Below are positions 37,494 through 46,211 of a stretch of DNA of 64,000 nucleotides, piece by piece. Below the pieces are notes generated by a model. That model saw only the letters and a program-made list of their open reading frames with translations, made no database searches and was not told where the DNA came from. The position numbers were made by a program, and so were the translations under genes. Positions within the stretch are counted from its first letter, which is position 1. Each line of letters starts with the position of its first letter. The stretch is taken from positions 296,850 to 360,849 of the forward strand of contig OY970216.1 in NCBI GenBank assembly GCA_963713955.1, given 5' to 3'. The DNA is from an uncultured bacterium (GTDB taxonomy: Bacteria > Patescibacteriota > Minisyncoccia > UBA6257 > GWB1-50-10).

Positions 37494-40400
37494 TCAGCGG
37501 TGGGACTCCCTTCTTAAAGCGCAATACTCGCAATTTTTGTCTTCACAGGTTTTATTCCAGAAAGACAAATCCAGTATTTCCTTGGCAACGTTTCTTATGG
37601 TGATCTTGAGCTTCTCAGTATCTAAATCCGAGATATTGAATTGGTATTTTTTATAAGAATCGCTCGCGTTCGGCTCTACGAAATCTATCGTGCCGGAGAT
37701 CATCTTGAATTTGCCGTTGTCGTGGCCGTCGAGGAGAATTTTGTAGAACACGAGTTGTCGCAGGTAATTACCGTCGCTTGATTTGGTGAGTCCCCGTATT
37801 TCATTTTCCGATTTCACGGTACCGGTTTTATAGTCCACGACGTTTACGCGGCCCGCCTGATCCAGCACTTCGATTTTGTCGAGCTTGCCGATAAGTTTTA
37901 TGTCATCGAGCTTTACGTCGTTTACGGATTTTTCGAGGATGATGTTGGTATCCCACGTGCCGCGGTATTTGTCGTAGTAACCGGAGAGCGCTTTTTTGCC
38001 CCTTTTCGAGAGATCGCGGTAGTCCTTTTCGTTGATCGGCTGATGGAACAGACTTCTCTCGAAAATCGCGGAGAGATATTCCTTCCCCTTGTCTTTTCCT
38101 TCTTTTAGCTTTCCGAAGTAGTTTTTCAGTGCCTCGTGCACGGCGTTTCCGTACATCAAACTTCTCTCGGGAGCTTCGGGGATTCGTACGAGGTTTCGGT
38201 AGAAGTACCGCCAGGGACATTGGAGAAAATTGTTGAGCGCGGTGGCCGAAAGCCCTTGTTCCCGAAAGAGTTTGTTTAAATATTCCTTTTCCTCCAAGAG
38301 GGGAGCTTGGTTTTTGCTGGATTCGAATTCAATTTCCAAGTGCGATCTGAATTCTTTTTCGTATCGTTCGGTGTCCACCTTTTCCGTAAGCTCCGGGCGT
38401 ATTTTGCTCACGAACTCCGAGGGCAGTGCCGCCTCGCCACTCTCCTTGCGGGTGGCGTATGTTATGAAAACTTCTTTCCTCGCCCGCGTGAGGGCCACGT
38501 AAAAGATGTTCAGCTCGTCGCTCTCACTTTCCCCCTCGAGTTCACCCGCCCTCTTTTTATCCAGATTGAAGACCGCGGGAGGCAGTTTTATGAGTTCCGC
38601 GTGTTTTTTGGATCCCCATCTTCCTTCAACGGCATTGACGATAAACACGTCGTCGAATTCCAATCCTTTGGATTTGTGGGCAGTCATGATTCTCACTCTC
38701 CCGGGGACGGCGGTTTCGGTCGACGCTTTTATCCTTATCCCGTGTTCTTCAAGGAGATTCAGGTATTCAATGAAATCGGTCAGCCGGTAATCTTTGTGCG
38801 CTTCGACGAGGGACCTCAGGTGGTTGAAAAGCGCGTGTAATTTCATGAGTTTCAGCGCCCCGTCGTTGTCCTTGAGGATTTTTTCGAGGAGGCCGGAGTC
38901 TTTGACTATTTTTTCAAGAACCGCGATGGCATTCTCGTTCTCGGCCTTCTTCTTCCAGTCGGAGAACTTTTGATATGTCCCGAGTATCTTGGGAGCGTCT
39001 TCCACGCCGGCTTTTTTCAGTTTTGCTTTCGACCTCACGATGTCGGGGAGAGTTATTCTCCGCGCTCTGCTTTTTCTTGCTCCCTTGAGGAAGATCGAGA
39101 TTTTATAGAGGTCGAGGGGTGGAATGTCGAAAAGATCGGTTTGGAGCGCGGCAAAAAGCTCTTCGTCGGATCCGAATTTGTCCACCGCCGCGAGTATGGT
39201 TTTCAGTTTCTTCAAATCCCAGTCGCCCAGAATGTCTTCATCGGACTCCACGCTCGCCGGTATGCCGAATTTGCCGAGCGTCTCTGCGACCGGTTTTGCA
39301 TCCCTGTTCTCCCTCACGATGACGGCTATCTCTTCCGGTTTCACGCCCCCGGCTGTCAGCGCGGATATTTTCGCGGCGATGAAGTAGTTCTCCGATCCTC
39401 TGTCGGTAAAGGGGCAGATTTTAATGGCAGATTCGCGGTGGCCGGCGTTGGCGGAGAGCCGCTCGTCGCGCTCCGCGACGTCGTAGGCTGCGTCCAGTAT
39501 CCTTTGGGTCGAGCGGTAATTTTCCTTCAACGTTATGAGTTCAACGCCGCGGTACTTCTTTTTGAGGTAGAGAAAATTCTCGAGTGATGCTCCTTGGAAC
39601 CGGAAGATGGCCTGTTTGGCGTCGCCGACGACGAAGAGATTTGGATTGTCGTAAAAACTCGCTAGAAGCTCCAGGATTTTGTTTTGGGCTTTGTTGGTGT
39701 CTTGGTGCTCGTCGACGAGGAAGTAAAGATACTGTTCCTGGAGGGTGGAAAGGAGCGTGTCGTTTTCGCTCAAGGTTGCGGCCACCTTCATAATCATGTC
39801 GTTGTAGTCGTAGTACTTGTTTTCTCTCAAGGCTTCTTCGTATTTTTCGTAGATCAAGGACAACTCCCGGTTTCTCTTCAAGTGTTTTTCCTCATCGGCA
39901 TACTTGGCTTTCAATCTTTCCGCGGAGTTTGCCGTGTCGCCGTTCGAAGCAAGCGATTTTTCTTCTCGGGCGATCAAGTTTTCGAACTCGTCCGGTTTGA
40001 CGTTCTCTCTCTTCAGATCGTCAATGGCTTTCTTGATCTTCTCCAGGTAGTAGTATTTATTGTTCTTGGTTTTCAGGCTTTCCAATTCCGTGTCGTCCAG
40101 AATGCGCCGGAGGATTTTTATCTGGTCGGCTTCCGTGATATTAACCGAGCCGATGATTTCGGGGAATTCTTCCGGATACTCTTGGATGATGGAATTTGCG
40201 AAGCCGTGGAATGTGGTGATGTAAACTCGGTAGGCTGCCGGGCCGATGAGCTCGAGGAGCCGTTCCCTCATGGAATGAACGCCCGAGTCGGTGAAGGTCA
40301 AGGCGAGAATGCCTTCCGGCGGCGTTCCTGTTTTCAAAATGATGTTGGCGATCCGGAGGGTCAGGATCTCCGTTTTTCCGGTGCCGGGGCCGGCGATGAC

Positions 40401-40496
40401 CATGACCGGACCTTCGATCGTGTCGACGGCTCTTTTTTGCTCGGGGTTTAACCTTTTATAGGCCGTTTCGAAGGCTTTTGTTTTAACTTCGGTCAT
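37494..40496 (-). CDS. UvrD-family helicase fused to a C-terminal PD-(D/E)XK RecB/Cas4-like nuclease with Cys cluster (AddA-like helicase-nuclease)
   Basis: Walker A VIAGPGTGKTE; UvrD motifs; C-terminal VVDYKTG nuclease motif plus cysteines CPWRYF...CEDKNCEYC; 1000 aa. Confidence 0.8.
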   Translation of the reverse strand: MTEVKTKAFETAYKRLNPEQKRAVDTIEGPVMVIAGPGTGKTEILTLRIANIILKTGTPPEGILALTFTDSGVHSMRERLLELIGPAAYRVYITTFHGFANSIIQEYPEEFPEIIGSVNITEADQIKILRRILDDTELESLKTKNNKYYYLEKIKKAIDDLKRENVKPDEFENLIAREEKSLASNGDTANSAERLKAKYADEEKHLKRNRELSLIYEKYEEALRENKYYDYNDMIMKVAATLSENDTLLSTLQEQYLYFLVDEHQDTNKAQNKILELLASFYDNPNLFVVGDAKQAIFRFQGASLENFLYLKKKYRGVELITLKENYRSTQRILDAAYDVAERDERLSANAGHRESAIKICPFTDRGSENYFIAAKISALTAGGVKPEEIAVIVRENRDAKPVAETLGKFGIPASVESDEDILGDWDLKKLKTILAAVDKFGSDEELFAALQTDLFDIPPLDLYKISIFLKGARKSRARRITLPDIVRSKAKLKKAGVEDAPKILGTYQKFSDWKKKAENENAIAVLEKIVKDSGLLEKILKDNDGALKLMKLHALFNHLRSLVEAHKDYRLTDFIEYLNLLEEHGIRIKASTETAVPGRVRIMTAHKSKGLEFDDVFIVNAVEGRWGSKKHAELIKLPPAVFNLDKKRAGELEGESESDELNIFYVALTRARKEVFITYATRKESGEAALPSEFVSKIRPELTEKVDTERYEKEFRSHLEIEFESSKNQAPLLEEKEYLNKLFREQGLSATALNNFLQCPWRYFYRNLVRIPEAPERSLMYGNAVHEALKNYFGKLKEGKDKGKEYLSAIFERSLFHQPINEKDYRDLSKRGKKALSGYYDKYRGTWDTNIILEKSVNDVKLDDIKLIGKLDKIEVLDQAGRVNVVDYKTGTVKSENEIRGLTKSSDGNYLRQLVFYKILLDGHDNGKFKMISGTIDFVEPNASDSYKKYQFNISDLDTEKLKITIRNVAKEILDLSFWNKTCEDKNCEYCALRRESHR

Positions 40497-40524
40497 TGAG
40501 TTTATTATATCCCCGGCGGACTTA

Positions 40525-40572
40525 TCCCCAAAATCTATGGCTTCCCGCTCTCGTTATTGAGAGCGGGAAGCC
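40525..40572. repeat. family-3 palindromic hairpin, copy 2 (ggcttcccgctctc-gttatt-gagagcgggaagcc)
   Basis: In the divergent promoter region between the helicase-nuclease (-) and the 40633 gene (+); a partial third arm gagcgggaggcc follows. Confidence 0.5.
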
Positions 40573-40632
40573 ATATTTAGAGCGGGAGGCCAAATATTTG
40601 GTGGATAACTTCGTTCGTGTTACTATGGGAAT

Positions 40633-41067
40633 ATGTCTTGGGAGCTTTTTGAGAAGGTGAAAAACATAGGCCTGCCGGCCGGATCCTACGCCATCTTCGG
40701 GAGCGGCCCCATGGGGGTGAGGGGAATCCGGGATTGCGGGAACATGGACGTCGTCGTGACGGACGAGCTCTTTGACGAATACCGTGGTATGTCCGGCTGG
40801 GACTTAAAAGACTCAAGAGACGATGAATATTTGTTGAATAACGGCATTTTCCTCTGGAAAGGCTGGGGGCCGGGTGAGTGGAACGTCAAGCAATTGATAG
40901 AAGATGCCGAAATGATAGAGGGGTTGCCCTTCGTGCGGCTCTCAGATGTCCTCAAATGGAAGAAATTAAGCGGAAGGGAAAAGGACTTGAAAGACATAAA
41001 ATTGATTGAGAGTTATTTGGACAAGAATGACGGGAAGATCGCGCCCGTGGCAAAATCCCCGAAATAG
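40633..41067 (+). CDS. nucleotidyltransferase-fold protein (minimal NTase, GS..DxD)
   Basis: IFGSGPMGVRGIRDCGNMDVVV fits the hG[GS]x9-13DxD pol-beta NTase signature; 144 aa; the rest is unassigned. Confidence 0.4.
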   Translation: MSWELFEKVKNIGLPAGSYAIFGSGPMGVRGIRDCGNMDVVVTDELFDEYRGMSGWDLKDSRDDEYLLNNGIFLWKGWGPGEWNVKQLIEDAEMIEGLPFVRLSDVLKWKKLSGREKDLKDIKLIESYLDKNDGKIAPVAKSPK

Positions 41068-41090
41068 GATAGAATAGGAAAAGTTTTCTT

Positions 41091-41107
41091 GGGCCTATGG
41101 TACAGTG
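41091..41107 (+). repeat. 17-nt partial copy of the tRNA-Ala 5' end (gggcctatggtacagtg versus gggcctatggtctagtg)
   Basis: Direct repeat 395 nt upstream of tRNA-Ala, bracketing a structured region and the GIY-YIG gene. Confidence 0.5.
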
Positions 41108-41232
41108 TCCCGATAATCTCAAAATCTTTGATTTTGTGAGATTATCGAGGATCCGCGATTTTGTAGATTTGCTTCGCAAATACAAAATCGGGAGCAAAAC
41201 GCGGCATTCGTCCCGATTTCTAAAATTTTGGA

Positions 41233-41478
41233 ATGTTTTTCACCTACATTCTAAAATCGTCACTTAACAACTCCTATTACGTTGGGAGTTGTAAAGACAT
41301 AAAAGAGAGATTAAGATTGCATAATGGCGGACGCGTAAGATCAACGAAGAGATGGATACCTTGGCGATTGATGCATCTTGAGTTATTTGAGACCTTGCGA
41401 GAAGCTAGGCGAAGAGAATTGCAAATTAAATCTTGGAAAAAACGGAAAGCTATTGAGAATTTGATAGAACAACAATAG
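41233..41478 (+). CDS. GIY-YIG nuclease family protein (UPF0213/YhbQ-like)
   Basis: FTYILKS...YYVGSC.D...RL..HN motif; 81 aa. Confidence 0.8.
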   Translation: MFFTYILKSSLNNSYYVGSCKDIKERLRLHNGGRVRSTKRWIPWRLMHLELFETLREARRRELQIKSWKKRKAIENLIEQQ

Positions 41479-41485
41479 CTTTGAC

Positions 41486-41556
41486 GGGCCTATGGTCTAG
41501 TGGCAGAACGGCGCATTCGCATTGCGCAGACGGCGGTTCGATTCCGCCTAGGTCCA
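41486..41556 (+). tRNA. tRNA-Ala (anticodon CGC)
   Basis: Hand-folded: acceptor gggccta/taggtcc with a G3.U70 pair, anticodon stem gcgca/tgcgc, loop uuCGCau, T-arm ggcgg-ttcgatt-ccgcc, discriminator A. Confidence 0.75.
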
Positions 41557-41743
41557 CAGGAGTTGAGTACATACTCAACCCATGATGAAATAACCGCATA
41601 AATGCTAGGGTTGTTTAAGGAAGGTCCCGTTATAAGGCGATACTTTTCGTTTAGGCCAGACTTCCCCAGGTTCTAGATATTTCCTATGGGAAACCAAAAT
41701 AAAAGACCCTGGTAAAAATCAGGGCCTTCCGCTTTCTTGGATT

Positions 41744-42343
41744 TCATCGTTGAATTGGTGCATATTTCTCGGCTATAAAATCAGCGATTTGTTTTAAGAT
41801 TCTTCGCCCTATGGGCATCGGAGCAGTGTAAACAGCTTCAACAAATGAACGGCCGCACCGCGCACAATGATTTGAATCCCAAAGCACATCCCGACACCAG
41901 TTGCACCAACGGAAAACTGGTTTGCCACACTGCAAGCAGTAATGGTCTCCTTTAAGCAAAGGAGTTCCACAGCCACGGCAAGTTTTTCTAATGTCAACTT
42001 TTACAGCCTCTTTTTTGACGTGTTTTGAAACACCGAGGCGTTTGTCGGCAATCCGTTTCGCAAATTTGCGTCCTATGTAGATCAGCAATCCCTCGAGTAG
42101 GCCTGCGCCAAGATACAAATATGCTGTGTAGGATGGAATCTTCCATAAATGGAACGCGCTATCAAGGAATCCGATTAGGCCAACAAAAAGAATAATAGAA
42201 ATCCCAGCGACAAGGAACCTATTAAGAGCGCGTTGTTCTATGTAGTTTCTAAGATCCCATCCCCAACGGTCCCCACACTCCTCGCAGAAATCAAAGCCGA
42301 TAATTTCACAGCCACAGTGTATGCAGTGCGACATCATAATCAC
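41744..42343 (-). CDS. zinc-ribbon-rich membrane protein
   Basis: Four CxxC pairs (CIHCGC..CEEC; CRGC..CLQC; CNWC..CARC) and 2 TM helices; 199 aa. Confidence 0.45.
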   Translation of the reverse strand: MIMMSHCIHCGCEIIGFDFCEECGDRWGWDLRNYIEQRALNRFLVAGISIILFVGLIGFLDSAFHLWKIPSYTAYLYLGAGLLEGLLIYIGRKFAKRIADKRLGVSKHVKKEAVKVDIRKTCRGCGTPLLKGDHYCLQCGKPVFRWCNWCRDVLWDSNHCARCGRSFVEAVYTAPMPIGRRILKQIADFIAEKYAPIQR

Positions 42344-42346
42344 CTC

Positions 42347-42577
42347 CTATCTTTTAAGTTGTAAAAGACCATTTCGTATTTTGCACTCCTTCCCGATGAA
42401 GTGACGCAGATCGATCTTAGAAGAAACTCCTGACTGCAAAGTTATAAATTCTTTTTTCCCCGAGAACAATCCCGCCTCGATTTCGAGAACTATGTTGCCT
42501 TCACAACTGTAAACGTCTTTTACGGTACCTTCGATATTTGCAGGCTTCCATTCAACGAAAACAAGACAATCGCTCAT
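42347..42577 (-). CDS. hypothetical small protein
   Basis: 76 aa; operonic (3-nt gap and 4-nt overlap) with the flanking zinc-ribbon genes. Confidence 0.35.
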   Translation of the reverse strand: MSDCLVFVEWKPANIEGTVKDVYSCEGNIVLEIEAGLFSGKKEFITLQSGVSSKIDLRHFIGKECKIRNGLLQLKR

Positions 42578-42825
42578 TTTACAACCTCCCTCTTTCCGCC
42601 ACTCGTTAATCTGTGAATTAGGGCCAGAAGTAGTTGGCGCAACAAGCTTGGTGGTTTGTCTTTAGTTGCACTGTCCAGCGAACGACCGCAGGAAGGACAA
42701 TAACTCTCCAAGATTTCGGTACTACAGAAATTACACCTTGGGAAGGGTCGTGTGTTTTTCCCGCATTTTTTACAAAACTTCTGGTCGTCGGTTGCCAAGC
42801 TTCCGCAAGAAATACAGCGTCTCAT
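42574..42825 (-). CDS. double zinc-ribbon protein
   Basis: CISCGS..CKKCGK and CNFCST..CPSCGR. Confidence 0.45.
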   Translation of the reverse strand: MRRCISCGSLATDDQKFCKKCGKNTRPFPRCNFCSTEILESYCPSCGRSLDSATKDKPPSLLRQLLLALIHRLTSGGKREVVK

Positions 42826-42936
42826 AGATTCCTCCTTTTCTTTTGGTTTGTGAACTTAACTAACCGAATCATGTCTATTTGTTATATATCTGTCAATCTG
42901 TTGACGAAAACCGACAAAAAGACTATTATGGGCTGA

Positions 42937-43746
42937 ATGATCCAAATCTACAGAACTCTTAAAGAGGTGGGGATACCGGAAATGGCCAGCCGTATATATG
43001 AGCAGCTTCTCGAATCCGGCTCTGTTTCGGCTAGACAGCTGGCCGAAAAACTGAACGTTCCTCGCCCCTCCGTTTATGACAATCTTAAACTCCTCATAAA
43101 GAACGGATTAGTGGTGGAACGAGAAGAGGAGAACAAAAAAATATTCGGCGTTGATGACATTAGAAACCTGTCACATCTCTTCCAGTCAAAAATCGAGCTC
43201 CTCAAAGAACGAGAGAGCGAGTTGAAGGAATTTTTGTCTACCCTTACTAAACAGGCGAGGTCTTTCGAGCCGAAAATCAAGTTCTACTCCGGTTCGGAGG
43301 GCATCAAGCAGGTTTTGAACAACCTTCTTTGGTACGACAATATCGAAACGTTGACGATGTGGCCGATCAGTGAGATAGTCGATGTTTTAGGCAAAGAATA
43401 CTTGGCGGATCTGAATCGCCGCCGCATCCGCCAGAAGATCTCCATCAGGGGCATTTGGCCGCAAGATAAAACCATTAATTTCAAGGATTATCCGTTCCTT
43501 GGTGTTGGTAGGGGTCACCTGCGGGAATTGTGTTTGGCGCCCAAGGGCATGACATGGCAGATGAGTTACTGGCAGTATGCCGACAAGGTCGCTTTCATAT
43601 CTTCCAAAAAGGAGCTGTTCGGTTTCGTGATCCATAGCCGGGATTTTGTCACCCTGACAAAATCCCAGTTTGAAGTTATCTGGAAAATTTCAAAGCCGAT
43701 CCAGCCGCAGCCTCAATACACGGATTCATTCTTGGAGACGGTGTAG
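42937..43746 (+). CDS. TrmB-family transcriptional regulator
   Basis: N-terminal wHTH ASRIYEQLLESGSVSARQLAEKLNVPRPSVYDNLKLLIKNGLV plus TrmB-like C-terminal domain. Confidence 0.65.
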   Translation: MIQIYRTLKEVGIPEMASRIYEQLLESGSVSARQLAEKLNVPRPSVYDNLKLLIKNGLVVEREEENKKIFGVDDIRNLSHLFQSKIELLKERESELKEFLSTLTKQARSFEPKIKFYSGSEGIKQVLNNLLWYDNIETLTMWPISEIVDVLGKEYLADLNRRRIRQKISIRGIWPQDKTINFKDYPFLGVGRGHLRELCLAPKGMTWQMSYWQYADKVAFISSKKELFGFVIHSRDFVTLTKSQFEVIWKISKPIQPQPQYTDSFLETV

Positions 43747-43922
43747 GATTCACATACTGAAAAATCCAATAATGACTGAACAAGCAATTTCTCCCACCTA
43801 TCATTGTGGATAGAATCTCTGTACCATGGATCACATGCTGGTAGGAGAAGAACTTTCTTTTTTGATTTTCTCCCGCACAGAGGTTCTAACAAATTCTATT
43901 AGCCTCCACAGGAGTTGAATAA

Positions 43923-45473
43923 ATGAAGTTCTATTTATCATCTTACAGGCTTGGAGAAAAAACCGAAGAATTAAAAAAGCTGGTTCCTGCCGGAAGAATC
44001 GGTTATATCCCCAATGCTCTCGACTCTTCCGGGGTGGACCCGGGGCGGAGAAGGAAGCACATTGAAGAAGATATTAATTCGTTGCGTGAGCTCGGGCTCA
44101 AAGTTGAGTTGATTGACCTGCGCGACTACTTTGATAAACACAATGATTTAAAGAGCAAGCTTAAGGAACTTGGTGCGGTTTTTGTGAGTGGGGGCAATGT
44201 TTTTGTTCTGCGCCAAGCGATGAGATTGAGCCATCTTGACGAGATTCTAAAAGAACTGCGAGAGAAAAATAATTTTCTCTATGCAGGTTACAGTGCCGCT
44301 GGATGCGTTCTCGCGCCGAACCTCAAAGCATATGAGATTGTGGACACAGTACAAACCCCATACAAGGAGCTGAAAGAAGCCATTTGGGATGGATTGGGAT
44401 TTATTGACTTCGCTTTTATGCCGCACTGGAATTCCGATCATCCGGAATCCGCAGACATTGAGAGAGAGATTGAGTATTGTAAAGAGAACAACATCCCCTA
44501 TAAAGCGATTAGGGATGGGGAGGTTATAATTATGGAAAATAAGACAAAACCAATTCTTATAACCTGTTATGTGAACCCCGACCTTGATGGCGTCGCCAGC
44601 GCAATCGCCTACGGCGAATTTTTGCAGAAAACGGGCAAGAACGCCGTCGTCAGGATCATCGGTGAACCGCACGACGAAGCGAAGTATGTTTTAAACCGCT
44701 TTGGCTTCGCGTATCCCCAAACGATATCTAACGCGGACGATTTCGACGAAGTAATACTCGTGGACACGAGCAACCCCAACGGACTCGAAGGTAAGATTGC
44801 TCCCGAGAAAGTCATCGAGATCATTGATCATCGCAAAGTTCATGATGCAGGTGAATTTCCGAACGCCAAGGTGCAGATCGAGCTCATCGGGGCGGCCGCT
44901 ACGCTTATCGCGGAAAAATTCATGCGGAACAACATTGCCATCTCGAAAGAGTCCGCGACACTCGTTTATGGGGCGATAATTTCAAATACTCTCAACTTCA
45001 AGAGTGGCGTCACCACCGACCGCGACAGGGAAGCGGCCGCGTGGCTCAATAAGGTTGCGGGATTGCCCGAAGATTTCTGGAGAGATCTGTTTACTGCGAA
45101 ATCCGACTTATCCGGTGGGAAGCTTGCTGAGCGAATCGAGAGCGATTTCGCGTGGTTCGTGATGGGCGGAAAGAAAGTCGGCGTCGCCCAAATCGAAATG
45201 ATCGGCGCGAAGGAGCTGCTCGATGAGCGAAGCGGCGAAGTAGTTCAAATCCTCGACAGAATTAAGAAAGACATGAACCTGGATCACATTTTCCAAAACA
45301 CGATAGAGCTGGAAAACGCAAAGAACTTTTTTGTTGCCCAAGATCTAGACACGCAAAAACTTTTGGAAAAAGTTTTGAGTGTGCGATTTGCCGGCGTCGT
45401 CGCGGAGCGGCCCGATCTCATCATGAGGAAGCAAATTGTTCCCTTGTTGAAGGAAGAGTTGGATCGGGAATAG
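43923..45473 (+). CDS. fusion protein: N-terminal peptidase S51 (PepE-like) domain plus C-terminal DHH-superfamily phosphoesterase (family II pyrophosphatase/NrnA-like)
   Basis: N-terminal half: VSGGNVFVL and YAGYSAAGCVLAPN align with PepE (VGGGNTFQLL and YIGWSAGANLACP; my recollection of E. coli PepE). C-terminal half: NPDLDGVASAIAY (DHH motif I) and IIDHRK (motif III-like). Confidence 0.6.
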   Translation: MKFYLSSYRLGEKTEELKKLVPAGRIGYIPNALDSSGVDPGRRRKHIEEDINSLRELGLKVELIDLRDYFDKHNDLKSKLKELGAVFVSGGNVFVLRQAMRLSHLDEILKELREKNNFLYAGYSAAGCVLAPNLKAYEIVDTVQTPYKELKEAIWDGLGFIDFAFMPHWNSDHPESADIEREIEYCKENNIPYKAIRDGEVIIMENKTKPILITCYVNPDLDGVASAIAYGEFLQKTGKNAVVRIIGEPHDEAKYVLNRFGFAYPQTISNADDFDEVILVDTSNPNGLEGKIAPEKVIEIIDHRKVHDAGEFPNAKVQIELIGAAATLIAEKFMRNNIAISKESATLVYGAIISNTLNFKSGVTTDRDREAAAWLNKVAGLPEDFWRDLFTAKSDLSGGKLAERIESDFAWFVMGGKKVGVAQIEMIGAKELLDERSGEVVQILDRIKKDMNLDHIFQNTIELENAKNFFVAQDLDTQKLLEKVLSVRFAGVVAERPDLIMRKQIVPLLKEELDRE

Positions 45474-45519
45474 CTGCCGGTTTTCGCCGGAATGCCGGAT
45501 CCGTGGTAAACTGTAAACG

Positions 45520-45843
45520 TTGCCTATAATCATGAAAAAATCGGACTATCTCTTGAAAAGCTTCATAAATGCCGCAGCTACATTTGTTTATGTATCCGCC
45601 GTGGCGTGGTTCGGTTTCAACAGCCAGGCGATTTTCGGTAAGCAGCAAACCTTTCTCGCTCCGCTTCTCATGCTTTTGCTCTTTGTTGTGTCGGCGTTGA
45701 TAACAGGCCTCCTGGTTTTAGGGAAGCCGATCCATTTGTACTTGAGCGGCCTCAAGAAAGAAGCGTTCGTTTTATTCTTCGCCACTTTGGTGTGGCTCGT
45801 TTTGTTTCTGCTTGTTGTTGCCGCTGTGCTCTTGCCACGGTAA
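45520..45843 (+). CDS. small 3-TM membrane protein
   Basis: 107 aa, hydrophobic. Confidence 0.35.
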   Translation: MPIIMKKSDYLLKSFINAAATFVYVSAVAWFGFNSQAIFGKQQTFLAPLLMLLLFVVSALITGLLVLGKPIHLYLSGLKKEAFVLFFATLVWLVLFLLVVAAVLLPR

Positions 45844-45892
45844 TAATTCGGGGTTTGAAAGTTACCTCTGCCGCCGGTATAATGACTCAATA

Positions 45893-46180
45893 ATGTTAAC
45901 CAAAAAAGATTTGGAGAAATTGGCTGATCTTTCCCGGATGAAGCTGAAGGAAGGGGAAGAGGATAAGTTACTGCATGACTTGGGCGGCATCTTGGATCAT
46001 TTCGAGGAACTGAAGGAATTGAATACCGACGAGGTTCTGCCGATGAACGGCGGGACGTTGTCGTCGAACGTCTGGAGAGATGACGAGCCGACGAACGCGC
46101 TGGACGGGAAAGCCGCCAGGGAAGAATTCCCGGAAACGAAAGACGGATACTTGAAGGTTCCACCGGTCTTTGAGGAGTAA
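45893..46180 (+). CDS. gatC: Asp/Glu-tRNA amidotransferase subunit C
   Basis: MLTKKDLEKLADLSRMKLKEGEE...LKELNTDEV is the GatC pattern; start trimmed to ATG 45893; 4-nt overlap with gatA. Confidence 0.8.
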   Translation: MLTKKDLEKLADLSRMKLKEGEEDKLLHDLGGILDHFEELKELNTDEVLPMNGGTLSSNVWRDDEPTNALDGKAAREEFPETKDGYLKVPPVFEE

Positions 46181-46211
46181 TCGCGAATATACGTTTTACC
46201 AAATAACGCGA

